Assembly: GCA_039818205.1 (NCBI GenBank)
Contig: JBCBUK010000001.1
Location: forward strand, 448,001 to 512,000
Reading direction: 5' to 3'
Origin: Verrucomicrobiota bacterium
GTDB lineage: Bacteria; Verrucomicrobiota; Verrucomicrobiia; Opitutales; Cerasicoccaceae
DNA length: 64,000 bases
Shown here: piece after piece, positions 19,876 to 29,266 of the stretch
Numbering within the stretch: the stretch's first letter is position 1
Layout: each line of letters opens with the position of its first letter
Program-made: the position numbers and the translations under genes
Notes under the pieces: model-generated
Seen by the model: the letters and a program-made list of their open reading frames with translations, nothing else
What the model was told of the DNA's origin: nothing
Database searches by the model: none

Positions 19876-19879
19876 GGAG

Positions 19880-21391
19880 ATGAGTGAAGCGATTCTCCAT
19901 CTCAAGGGCGTCCACAAACGATTCGGTCCGGTTCACGCTTTAAAAGGCGTTGAACTCGAAATTTTCAGTGGCGAAGTCCATGCGCTGATTGGCGAAAATG
20001 GCGCTGGTAAAAGCACCATGATGAAAATTCTCAGTGGCGCTCAGTTGGCCAGCGAGGGAAACATCACCCTCAATGGAAGTGCTTACCGGCCAACCTGCCC
20101 GAGTGACGGGCGTAAGGCAGGCGTAGCCATGATTTACCAAGAGCTGACGCTCGCGCCGCACCTAAGTATCGAAGACAATATCATGCTGGGCGTTGAAGAA
20201 AGCCGGTTTGGCTGGAATCAGAAGAAGACGCAGAAGATCAGCGAGGCACTGACCCTCCTCGGCCACGCGGAACTTGATCCAGCCACGCCAGTCGGCTCGT
20301 TGAAGATTGGCACCCAGCAGCTCATTGAAATAGCCCGCGCCATCGTTAGCGAAGCACAGATCATTATCATGGATGAGCCGACCAGTTCGCTCTCAGCGGA
20401 AGACACGCGAATATTGTTCGAGGTCATCGCCAAGTTGCGCGCCAAAGGAATCGCCATCATATACATCAGCCATTTTCTGGAAGAGGTTCAGGAGATTTCG
20501 GATCGATACACCATCCTTCGCGATGGGGAAACCTGTGGAACTGGATTAATGGGCAGCGTTACGGTCCCAGAGATCATCAAGATGATGGTCGGCCGGGATC
20601 TCGACGAAATGTATCCGACCACTGAACACGAGATTGGCGAGGTGGTGCTCGAGTGTCAGAACCTGCGCGGTATCCCGTTCCCTATTGATGCGTCCCTCAA
20701 GCTTCGACGAGGGGAGATCCTGGGCATATTCGGATTGGTTGGTGCGGGCCGCTCCGAGATGCTGCGTTGCATCTTCGGTTTGGATCCTATGCAAGTCGGT
20801 AAGGTTATCATCCAACAATCGAAAACTTATGGTCGTCACCAGCTTCGCCCACGCGTCGCGTTGAACGCCGGAATCGATTTGCTGAGCGAAGACCGAAAAC
20901 AGGAGGGGCTAGCGCAAAAAATGAGCATTGCGGTAAACACCACTCTATCATCGCTCAGCAAAGAGTCTCGGTTTGGCTTCATCGATCTGAAACAAGAAAA
21001 GGATACAGCAGATACCTGGGCAAAGCAGCTTGCGGTGAAGTGCCACTCAACAACGGATGCGATCAGCAACCTTTCGGGTGGCAACCAGCAAAAAGTCGCA
21101 ATCGCGCGCTTGATGCAGCACGACTCGCAAATCCTTTTCTTTGATGAACCAACCCGTGGGATAGACGTCGGGAGCAAAGCCGAAATTTATAAGCTAATCC
21201 AAAAACTAGCCGCTGATGGAAAATCGATTATCATCGTCAGCTCTTACCTTCCCGAACTACAAGGAGTCTGCGACACTCTAACGGTGATGTATCGCGGCGT
21301 GCTGAGCGAAAGTCGAATGGTCAACGAGTGGTCGAAACACGATATAATGGCCTACGCGACAACTGGTTCGACGACGCCTACTGAAAACTAA
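19880..21391 (+). CDS. Monosaccharide ABC transporter ATP-binding protein (RbsA-like)
   Basis: GENGAGKST, MDEPT, YISH, EDRK, LSGGNQQKV, DEPTRGIDVGSK. Confidence 0.95.
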   Translation: MSEAILHLKGVHKRFGPVHALKGVELEIFSGEVHALIGENGAGKSTMMKILSGAQLASEGNITLNGSAYRPTCPSDGRKAGVAMIYQELTLAPHLSIEDNIMLGVEESRFGWNQKKTQKISEALTLLGHAELDPATPVGSLKIGTQQLIEIARAIVSEAQIIIMDEPTSSLSAEDTRILFEVIAKLRAKGIAIIYISHFLEEVQEISDRYTILRDGETCGTGLMGSVTVPEIIKMMVGRDLDEMYPTTEHEIGEVVLECQNLRGIPFPIDASLKLRRGEILGIFGLVGAGRSEMLRCIFGLDPMQVGKVIIQQSKTYGRHQLRPRVALNAGIDLLSEDRKQEGLAQKMSIAVNTTLSSLSKESRFGFIDLKQEKDTADTWAKQLAVKCHSTTDAISNLSGGNQQKVAIARLMQHDSQILFFDEPTRGIDVGSKAEIYKLIQKLAADGKSIIIVSSYLPELQGVCDTLTVMYRGVLSESRMVNEWSKHDIMAYATTGSTTPTEN

Positions 21392-21400
21392 TTGCAACTC

Positions 21401-22411
21401 ATGCAACTGAAAGCGAAACAACTACTCTCAAATTTTCTGCCATTTCTTGGGCTTATATTCGTCCTGATCGTGAGCATCATCGCGATCTTGATCAAAGACC
21501 CAAGCGGTGAAGACCTCGGCAACTTTTTGAGTTTTGATAACGTCAAGACCGTCTTAATCCAAGCGGTCGTTGTGGGCATTGCTGCTCTCGGGATGACACT
21601 CGTCATCATCAGTGGTGGTATTGACCTCAGCGTTGGTTCCCAGGTTGCATTAGCCACAGTCGTCTTCGCCTTTGTCATCAATGGGTTTGATGTCAGCCCG
21701 CCCGCAGGAGCCGAGATTTCCGTGATGGGCATCCTGCTCGCCATTATAGGAACAGTACTCGTATGCGCGGCCTGCGGATGGTTCAACGGGTTTTTATCGT
21801 CGGTGTTCAAAATTGTGCCCTTCATCGTCACACTTGGGACTATGCAGATCTTTCGCGGTGTTGCCAAATGGATCGCTGGTGGTGAAGCCGTTCGGACGCC
21901 TCGCAATGACGCGCAAAATTTCATGGACTACGATGGCGCATTGGGCATCGGCATCGGTTTCTATCTGCTGATTGCGTCGGTGATCGTGGTTTCATTACTG
22001 CTCAAGCGAACCGTCCTGGGGCGCCATATTTACGCGATAGGATCAAGCGAGAACACCGCTCGCCTATGCGGTATCAACGTCGAGAATCGGAAGGTATTGA
22101 TCTACGTCCTCTGTGGCGTCTTCACCGGCCTTGCCGGAGTCATGCAATACGCCTTCCTCGGCAGTGGAAATCCAACGATCGCGATCGGCCTAGAATTGAA
22201 CATCATCGCAGCGGTCGTCATTGGCGGCGGATCACTCAGTGGCGGTGAAGGCTCCGCGATTGGAACTTTTACTGGCGCATTGATCATGTCTGTTCTCGGA
22301 AGTACTTGCACCATGTTGGGTGCAGAGACTTACGTGCAGGAAATCATCATTGGCTCGATTGTTATCATCGCTGTGGGCATCGACCGCCTCAAACACCTGC
22401 GCACCAGCTAG
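21401..22411 (+). CDS. Monosaccharide ABC transporter permease (RbsC-like)
   Basis: GMTLVIISGGIDLSVGS, PFIVTLG, GRHIYAIGSS, ELNIIAAVVIGGGSLSGGEG. Confidence 0.95.
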   Translation: MQLKAKQLLSNFLPFLGLIFVLIVSIIAILIKDPSGEDLGNFLSFDNVKTVLIQAVVVGIAALGMTLVIISGGIDLSVGSQVALATVVFAFVINGFDVSPPAGAEISVMGILLAIIGTVLVCAACGWFNGFLSSVFKIVPFIVTLGTMQIFRGVAKWIAGGEAVRTPRNDAQNFMDYDGALGIGIGFYLLIASVIVVSLLLKRTVLGRHIYAIGSSENTARLCGINVENRKVLIYVLCGVFTGLAGVMQYAFLGSGNPTIAIGLELNIIAAVVIGGGSLSGGEGSAIGTFTGALIMSVLGSTCTMLGAETYVQEIIIGSIVIIAVGIDRLKHLRTS

Positions 22412-22435
22412 CGCTCGCGAGAGCCATCCATATCC

Positions 22436-23857
22436 CTACTCGGCATCTTTGCTCGGACTCGATTCGGACTCACCAGCGACACCGTGGTCGGAGGAAAGAT
22501 CTAGGTTCAGATGCGGACTCGCCCGAACCAATAAATCCGCAGCATCGGGCGATACTTTCGTTTGCCACAGATACAGTTGCTTCAAATCAGGTAAGGTCGC
22601 AAGCAGGCCCACACTGGCATCGGAAATGTCCGGGTTCCCGTAGAGATTTAGATATTCAAGTGTCGGTAATCTGAGAGCCCACAAAACGACTTCATCGTTC
22701 GAACCCGTTCCGGAAAGGTTCAAACGACGAAGCCGGCTAAGCCGACTCAACGGCTCCAATGGTAAATCTGAAAGGTCCGTTCGACTAAGATCCAGGTCAA
22801 TGACATGATCACCCAATTCGCCAATGAGCTCGATATCTCTGGCATCGATTGTTGGGCGCGCTAAGCCGACTTCGATACGTACATCCATTGATTCCTGGGA
22901 GATGAATCGGGCGACGAATCCAGCGCTCTCTAATTCCCGCAAGAGACCGTCAATCACTTCGTGGCTTAACCCTGGCTCTGTCCCAAGTATCTCGATCGCC
23001 TCCGTCTCGGCAACCGCTTCTACGACGGCGACGGGCGACGATTCCATGGCGCTCGACGGCAAGTCAAACCGCGCCCCCAACGCCAGCCACTCCTCAATGG
23101 CGGCAACTTCCGCTGGCGACAACCGTTTCTTACCTTCGGGTGGCATCACGTCTTCGTCTGTCTCGTCCAACAAGATTCGCCCAAGCAATGGGCTTTCCAA
23201 TGGCAAATCGACCACTAACGCTGGCCCTTCGCTGCCTCCGGCCAACATAAACTCTGGCGTATCGAGGCGTAGTTTACCTTTCGATTTATCCGGACCGTGG
23301 CAAGTCACACAATGTTGCTCGAGAATCGGCACAATGTGGGCCTCAAACGCGTTCTCGGTGGGCTTTACCTCCACAATTTCGGGTTCCGGTTCCGTCGTCT
23401 CGAAGAGGTCGGTCCACCCTTCCGTCAAAAAGCCTTTACCATGGGTCATCGAACCTCCGTCGTGGCTGGCAACCGTCAAGAGAACCACAGTTATGATAAC
23501 CAAAGAATAATAGCCCAGCGTCAGCGATCGGCTTTCCCGCTTCGTTGAAAGCCACTTCAGGCTCCAGCAAACAACCGCGAGGCCAGCGACAATTGTCCCG
23601 AGCCACCGATGTCGCTCAAGGAGATCCCCCGAATATTCGCCGCCACTAGCCAGGAACCAACCAAATATCGCGGCGAATACGGCACTCAAAGCCGCAAGAA
23701 ACCAAATAATTGAAGTCGCTGGCTGCAGGGACTTTCCAAATCGAAATGGACGACAGAGCTCGAATAAGGCCGCCAGAAGGATCAAGGCGATTGGAAAGTG
23801 AAGAACGATGGGGTGGAAGCGTCCTAAAAGAGACATCCAGAGGGAGGGGTCATTCAT
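22436..23857 (-). CDS. DUF2231 membrane domain + planctomycete cytochrome c + leucine-rich-repeat protein
   Basis: GRFHPIVLHFPI, RHRWLG, SHDGGSMTHG; CVTCH; MPPEGK; LRRs (LDLSRT, LNLSGT, LNLYGN, LYLWQT). Confidence 0.88.
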   Translation of the reverse strand: MNDPSLWMSLLGRFHPIVLHFPIALILLAALFELCRPFRFGKSLQPATSIIWFLAALSAVFAAIFGWFLASGGEYSGDLLERHRWLGTIVAGLAVVCWSLKWLSTKRESRSLTLGYYSLVIITVVLLTVASHDGGSMTHGKGFLTEGWTDLFETTEPEPEIVEVKPTENAFEAHIVPILEQHCVTCHGPDKSKGKLRLDTPEFMLAGGSEGPALVVDLPLESPLLGRILLDETDEDVMPPEGKKRLSPAEVAAIEEWLALGARFDLPSSAMESSPVAVVEAVAETEAIEILGTEPGLSHEVIDGLLRELESAGFVARFISQESMDVRIEVGLARPTIDARDIELIGELGDHVIDLDLSRTDLSDLPLEPLSRLSRLRRLNLSGTGSNDEVVLWALRLPTLEYLNLYGNPDISDASVGLLATLPDLKQLYLWQTKVSPDAADLLVRASPHLNLDLSSDHGVAGESESSPSKDAE

Positions 23858-23867
23858 TGCATCATAT

Positions 23868-23927
23868 ATAGCGCAAATCCGAAATTTTTAGACAAATTAA
23901 TGTCCAAAAAAGTCCGGCTAACGCTAT
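23868..23927. promoter_or_regulatory. Back-to-back promoter-like motifs TGTCY-N16-CGCTAT
   Basis: Minus 23894-23868 TGTCT-N16-CGCTAT; plus 23901-23927 TGTCC-N16-CGCTAT(AAT). Confidence 0.65.
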
Positions 23928-23978
23928 AATAGCTATAACACGCCGTAATCCCAACCCCAAGAAAGCCTAATTCACCGC

Positions 23979-24536
23979 ATGCGGACTCCCGATCAATCGG
24001 CAAGAGAGCCATCCAGCAACAAGGAATTGCTGCGTCTACTGTTGAAACATCAACGGGCAATCTACTCCTATATCTACACTCTGGTTCCAAATGCGAGCAA
24101 TGCGGATGATCTCCTTCAGGAGACCTGCTTGACGATTTACGAGAAATTTGACGACTTCGAACCGGGCACTGATTTCCTCTTGTGGGCAAATCGCATCGCC
24201 TATTGGAAGATCCGCCAGGCACGGCAAAAGTTTTCACGCTCCAAGGTCGTTTTCGATGAAACCTTGATGGAAGCGGTATCCAATACCGCTATCGAGATGC
24301 AACGGGAGACCGGCGATCGCCATGAGATGCTTTCTCGGTGCCTCTCTAAGCTGAATGACCGGGACCGACGCATGGTACTGACCCGCTACGAACCCGAGGG
24401 CACCATAGAGGAAGCTGCTCAGGTCTCCGGGCGAAGCGTGACGGCGACCTACAAAGCGCTGAGCCGCATCCGCCAGCTTTTGTATGACTGCATTACCTAT
24501 AATCTGGAAAACAACGCAACCAAGGCCATCTCATGA
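23979..24536 (+). CDS. ECF sigma-70 factor (copy 2, paralog of 12854-13423)
   Basis: LLLKHQRAIY..ADDLLQETCLTIYEKFD..GTDFLLWANRIAYWK..RSKVVFDE..ATYKALSRIRQ. Confidence 0.92.
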   Translation: MRTPDQSAREPSSNKELLRLLLKHQRAIYSYIYTLVPNASNADDLLQETCLTIYEKFDDFEPGTDFLLWANRIAYWKIRQARQKFSRSKVVFDETLMEAVSNTAIEMQRETGDRHEMLSRCLSKLNDRDRRMVLTRYEPEGTIEEAAQVSGRSVTATYKALSRIRQLLYDCITYNLENNATKAIS

Positions 24537-26200
24537 GCCCATCGGAAGAGCTTGAAGTCAGTCAACTGTGCGAGGCACTGCTCGATGATTCGATATCGGC
24601 CGGCGATCGCTCACGGCTCGAATCCATACTTCAGCGGGACAAAGAAGCCCGCAAAGTTTACGTTCGCTATAGCTCCCTCCGCTCCAGCCTGCGGCACTAC
24701 GCCTCCGAGACACTTTCGGCCACCGACGAGCCAGAAGCCAACCACTCGCAAAAGCTTATTCGGGTCACAACAACACAACTCAAATGGGCCGCTTCAATAG
24801 CAATAGCTTTCTTGCTCGGCTTTATCGCTCACCACCAGTTTTCGCGACCACCCGAACCAGCCATCGTCGCGGAATCGACGGAGGAGTCCACCTACGAGGG
24901 CATGGCGGTACTAATCAATAAGCACGATGTCGTGTGGTCAGACGGCCAGCCAAACTATAAGAGTGGTGACCCGATTCCAGCCGGGCATTTCAAAATTGAT
25001 TCGGGAGTTGCGCAACTCGAGTTTTATAGCGGAGCGACGGTCGTTCTCGAAGGAGATGCTGATCTGGAGATCATTGCGGACGACAAAGCGTATTGTCACG
25101 TCGGCCGTGCCTCGGTTTCGGTTTCGCCCAACGCAAAAGGGTTCTCCATCGAGACCAAAGACGCCGTATTTATCGATCGAGGCGCCGAATTTGGCATTGC
25201 GGCGATTCCTGGAAAACCATCAGAGATCCACGTATTCGCGGGCGAGATCGAAGTGCTCAATACAGAGCAGTCCTCAGGAGATGTTCCGCTTTACACCCTT
25301 GTCGAAGGCGATGCTGCTCAGTTCGAATCGTTCGCCATGATCGGCGAGACAATGCTGGCCCCAAATCAATTTTGGACTGTTCAGATGCTCGTTAACCAAA
25401 GTATGCGAAACGACACGGATCGCTTCATCGATTGGTTCCGGATGAGCGATCAAATCGCGCAAAGCGACGATGTCGTCAGCTATTTTCCGTTTTACCAAAC
25501 CACGCCATGGATGCGCCAACTCGAGAACTTTGCTTTGCTTAATCCTGAGGTAGACAATGGTGGAATCGTCGGTGGGCAGTGGGTAAAGGGACGGTGGCCC
25601 GAAAAGGCAGCGCTTGAATTCCGGAACGCAAGCGACCGGGTTCGCGTTTCGATTCCCGGTGAGTTCGATGAGATCACCTTTGCTGCCTGGATCAAAGTCA
25701 AGAGCCTGAAGAATCAATTTAACGGACTATTGATGACTGATAGTTTCAAGACTGGCAACCCGCACTGGCAACTCAATCAAGAGGGCCAGTTGATCCTGGG
25801 ACTTCGCTCCGCCGACACCAAAGAAGAGTTTTTCCAAGCCCTACTCTTTTCCGATCCCATTTTTACGCCGGACCTCTATGGCGAGTGGCTACACGTGGTT
25901 TCCTCGTTCGATACGGAGACTTCACGAATTAAACATTATCTCAATGGTCAGCTGATTAAAGACTCCGGACCATCCAAACCATTCGACACTAAAATAGTTT
26001 TCGGGTCAGGCGAGATTGGGAACTGGGGCCTGCCCTACGGCCAGTCCATTCACCAGGTTCGCAATTTCGATGGCGCCATTGATGAGATGCTAGTGGTTTC
26101 ACGCGTAATGTCAGATGGTGAGATCTCGGAGCTCTACGAACGCGGACGCCCCAATCCCAACTCAACCTCCTATCGTGTGGTTGCGAACAAAGACCAATAA
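24533..26200 (+). CDS. FecR-LamG anti-sigma factor (copy 2)
   Basis: Same architecture and motifs as copy 1 (GVAQLEFYSGA, SYFPFYQT, GRWPEK, GNPHWQ, GNWGLP); ATGA overlap with sigma. Confidence 0.88.
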   Translation: MSPSEELEVSQLCEALLDDSISAGDRSRLESILQRDKEARKVYVRYSSLRSSLRHYASETLSATDEPEANHSQKLIRVTTTQLKWAASIAIAFLLGFIAHHQFSRPPEPAIVAESTEESTYEGMAVLINKHDVVWSDGQPNYKSGDPIPAGHFKIDSGVAQLEFYSGATVVLEGDADLEIIADDKAYCHVGRASVSVSPNAKGFSIETKDAVFIDRGAEFGIAAIPGKPSEIHVFAGEIEVLNTEQSSGDVPLYTLVEGDAAQFESFAMIGETMLAPNQFWTVQMLVNQSMRNDTDRFIDWFRMSDQIAQSDDVVSYFPFYQTTPWMRQLENFALLNPEVDNGGIVGGQWVKGRWPEKAALEFRNASDRVRVSIPGEFDEITFAAWIKVKSLKNQFNGLLMTDSFKTGNPHWQLNQEGQLILGLRSADTKEEFFQALLFSDPIFTPDLYGEWLHVVSSFDTETSRIKHYLNGQLIKDSGPSKPFDTKIVFGSGEIGNWGLPYGQSIHQVRNFDGAIDEMLVVSRVMSDGEISELYERGRPNPNSTSYRVVANKDQ

Positions 26201-26203
26201 TCC

Positions 26204-29200
26204 GTGAAGACCTTGCTTCTATCTTGGTTCATTGGCGCTTCCGCCGTTGCAGCCTCTGAGATCAAATTCAATCGGGACATCCTGCCGGTTCTTTCGGAGA
26301 ATTGTTTCTTCTGTCACGGCCCCGACAAAGCGAATCAAGCCGCCGACCTCCGACTCGACCTACGGGACGCTGCAATTGAATCAAGAGCGATAGTTCCAGG
26401 AAATTCAGCCGATAGCCTGGCGATTCAGCGCATACTATCGACGGATCCTGATGACATCATGCCCCCCGCAGACAGCCACCGTACGCTGTCCGAACGTGAA
26501 AAGGAGTTATTGGTTCAATGGATCGACGAAGGTGCACCCTATCAGAAGCACTGGTCGTTCATTCCCGTTGACCACGAAGCAGAAGTCCCAACTGCCGAAT
26601 CGTCTGCGATCGACAACCCGATTGACCGAATCGTCTTTACCGGACTGGAAAGCCTTGATCTCAAGCCGCAACCAGAAGCCCAAAAGACCTTTCTTCTACG
26701 ACGAGTGTATTTCGACTTGATCGGCCTTCCGCCAACTCCAGCGGAAGTTACGGCGTTTCTCAATGATGACTCGGAGAACGCCTATGAACGCGTGGTCGAC
26801 GAGTTGCTCTCTCGACGCGAGTACGGTGAGCGCATGGCGGTCCATTGGTTGGACCTTGCCCGCTACGCAGACAGCTATGGCTACCAGGTGGACCGCGACC
26901 GTCCGGTTTGGGCTTGGCGCGATTGGGTCATTGAATCGTTCAATAACAATCTACCCTATGATGACTTTGTAACCTACCAACTCGCAGGAGATCTGCTCCC
27001 AAATCCGACGCAGGAACAACGCCTTGCCACGGCGTTCAATCGCCTCCACCAACAGAAGGCCGAGGGTGGTTCCGTCGAAGAGGAGTTTCGGGTCGAGTAC
27101 ATCTGCGACCGAGTAAACACATTTGGAACCGCATTCCTCGGACTAACCCTTGAGTGCTCTCGCTGCCACGACCACAAATACGACCCAATTAGTCAGAAAG
27201 AGTATTTTCAGCTGTTTGCGTTCTTTGACGATATCGACGAATCTGGCCTCTATCCATATTTTGGTAAATCGGTTCCGACGCCCGCGCTCAAGCTATCGTC
27301 GCCCGACCAAAAAGCAAAGATTCAGGCACTCGAAGATCAGACTGACCAGCTGATCCGCCAACTCATCGTTGAACGAAAGAGTTCGAGCGAAGATGAACTC
27401 CAAACTTGGTTCGAATCAAATCCAGATCTAGCAGTTCGCCTGGCAAAAGCCGAGGCCATGGACCTAAAACCGGAGACAGAGGAACGCGGGCGGCTATTCG
27501 ATGGCGATGCAGAAACAGCTACGGCGATCGGCGCTGTCAGCCGGCATGATCCATTCTCAGTATCGTTTTCAGCTTGGACGCCCAAACACCATGAACGCGC
27601 AGTCATCTGTCACTATTCGGGAGCCTGGACCGATGGCGGGAGCCGGGGCTGGGAATTACTATCGCTAAATGGTCAGCTTCGCTTTTCGCTCATACACTTC
27701 TGGCCGGGAAATGCTATCAGCATCGAAACCAATAAGCCATTTCCGTTGGATCAGTGGACTCAGATTTCCCTCACCTATGATGGTAGCAGTCAGGCAAAAG
27801 GACTGAAGATCTATGTGGATGGAAAACTGGCTGAGTCGACAATAGTCCGAGACAAGCTAGACCGTTTCATACAGTTTCCCGACTTCCCGGAGAATAAACG
27901 CCCGGCGGGGATTCGATGGGGTGCACGAGAGCGGGACCGTGGGTTCAAAGGTGGCCGTGTTGATCAGGCAGTCTATTACCCGCAAGAGCTTCACTCAATC
28001 GAAGTCACCGCAATTAACGATGACTCATTCCTTGCGCGGTTACAGGACAAAGCCTTCGGCAGTCTAGACTCCCATGAGCGAGCGTTCATCCGCGAAGCTC
28101 ATTTGGCGCAGCAACACTCTGCGGATCAGTCGACAATGGAGACCCTCACCGCGGCCCGCCAAGCCCACGCTAAGGCCATAGAATCCATTCCTGAGATCAT
28201 GACCATGGTCGAGTTGCCCGAGCCCAAGCAGGCATACCTGCTAGAGCGCGGAGCCTACGATGCCCGAGGAGAGGCGGTAATTCCGCAAACCCCCAAGGCA
28301 CTTTCACTGCTACCCGATGACTTCCCAACAAATCGCCTCGGCCTGGCAATGTGGCTCACGGATCCGGACCACCCGTTGTTTGCGCGAGTCGCAGTAAATC
28401 GCTTTTGGATGCTGTGCTTTGGACGCGGGTTGGTCGGCACAGCGGAAGACTTTGGCCTTCAAGGCGAGCAACCGCAATACCAGGAGCTCCTCGATCACCT
28501 TGCGAGCGATTTCATCGCTAACGAATGGGACGTGAAAGCACTGATGCGGAAGATAGTCACTTCACAAACTTATCGCCAACAAAGTATTGCCGACCAAAGC
28601 ATCATGCGCGACGACCCATCCAATCGCTTGCTCGCGCGCGGCCCCAGCCACAGACTACCAGCTGAGATGATCCGCGATGGTATTCTCGCGGCTAGCGGGT
28701 TGCTTGTCGAGAAAAACGGTGGCTCATCCGTAAGGCCTTACGACCTGTCAGAAGCATTTATCAATATTAATGTTCCAAAGAACAATGGTGTCTACCAGCG
28801 TAGTTTATACACCTATTGGAAGCTACGCGCTCCATCGCCAGTCATGATGGCTTTTGACGCCGTAAAGCGGGATGTTTGCAGCGCCAAACGGCAAACATCA
28901 AACACACCGTTACAGTCCCTTGTTTTATTAAACGGACCCCAGTTTGTTGAGGCAGCCCGAGTCGCTGGATCCAATGCCTGGCAGGAAGAGAATGGGAAAC
29001 TCGCCGACATCATCCGCAACCTCAGCTTACGGTTCATCGGACGGGAGCCTGATTCGGTTGAAATCGAAATCTTGTCCGAACTGTTTCAAGAGCAAAAAGA
29101 GCTCTTCGAAGCAAATCCCGAGTCGGCAGATGCGCTATTGGCGGTCGGCCATCAGGCGAAACAAGATAACATAGAACCGGCTGATCACGCAGCTGTGACT

Positions 29201-29251
29201 GTGCTCGCCCAAACCCTCATCAATTTTGACGAATACGTCATGAAACGTTGA
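26204..29251 (+). CDS. Planctomycete cytochrome c + DUF1549 + LamG + DUF1553 protein
   Basis: FNRDILPVLSENCFFCHGPD; WLDLARYADS; CSRCHDHKYDP; RVAVNRFW; PAEMIRD; TPLQSLVLLN; internal LamG-like insert. Confidence 0.92.
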   Translation: MKTLLLSWFIGASAVAASEIKFNRDILPVLSENCFFCHGPDKANQAADLRLDLRDAAIESRAIVPGNSADSLAIQRILSTDPDDIMPPADSHRTLSEREKELLVQWIDEGAPYQKHWSFIPVDHEAEVPTAESSAIDNPIDRIVFTGLESLDLKPQPEAQKTFLLRRVYFDLIGLPPTPAEVTAFLNDDSENAYERVVDELLSRREYGERMAVHWLDLARYADSYGYQVDRDRPVWAWRDWVIESFNNNLPYDDFVTYQLAGDLLPNPTQEQRLATAFNRLHQQKAEGGSVEEEFRVEYICDRVNTFGTAFLGLTLECSRCHDHKYDPISQKEYFQLFAFFDDIDESGLYPYFGKSVPTPALKLSSPDQKAKIQALEDQTDQLIRQLIVERKSSSEDELQTWFESNPDLAVRLAKAEAMDLKPETEERGRLFDGDAETATAIGAVSRHDPFSVSFSAWTPKHHERAVICHYSGAWTDGGSRGWELLSLNGQLRFSLIHFWPGNAISIETNKPFPLDQWTQISLTYDGSSQAKGLKIYVDGKLAESTIVRDKLDRFIQFPDFPENKRPAGIRWGARERDRGFKGGRVDQAVYYPQELHSIEVTAINDDSFLARLQDKAFGSLDSHERAFIREAHLAQQHSADQSTMETLTAARQAHAKAIESIPEIMTMVELPEPKQAYLLERGAYDARGEAVIPQTPKALSLLPDDFPTNRLGLAMWLTDPDHPLFARVAVNRFWMLCFGRGLVGTAEDFGLQGEQPQYQELLDHLASDFIANEWDVKALMRKIVTSQTYRQQSIADQSIMRDDPSNRLLARGPSHRLPAEMIRDGILAASGLLVEKNGGSSVRPYDLSEAFININVPKNNGVYQRSLYTYWKLRAPSPVMMAFDAVKRDVCSAKRQTSNTPLQSLVLLNGPQFVEAARVAGSNAWQEENGKLADIIRNLSLRFIGREPDSVEIEILSELFQEQKELFEANPESADALLAVGHQAKQDNIEPADHAAVTVLAQTLINFDEYVMKR

Positions 29252-29266
29252 ACCCCTTTTTGGACA

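Noticed and set aside
22824..23510. 228-aa plus-strand ORF
   Set aside because: Antisense shadow of the cytochrome/LRR gene; Ser-rich with no motifs.
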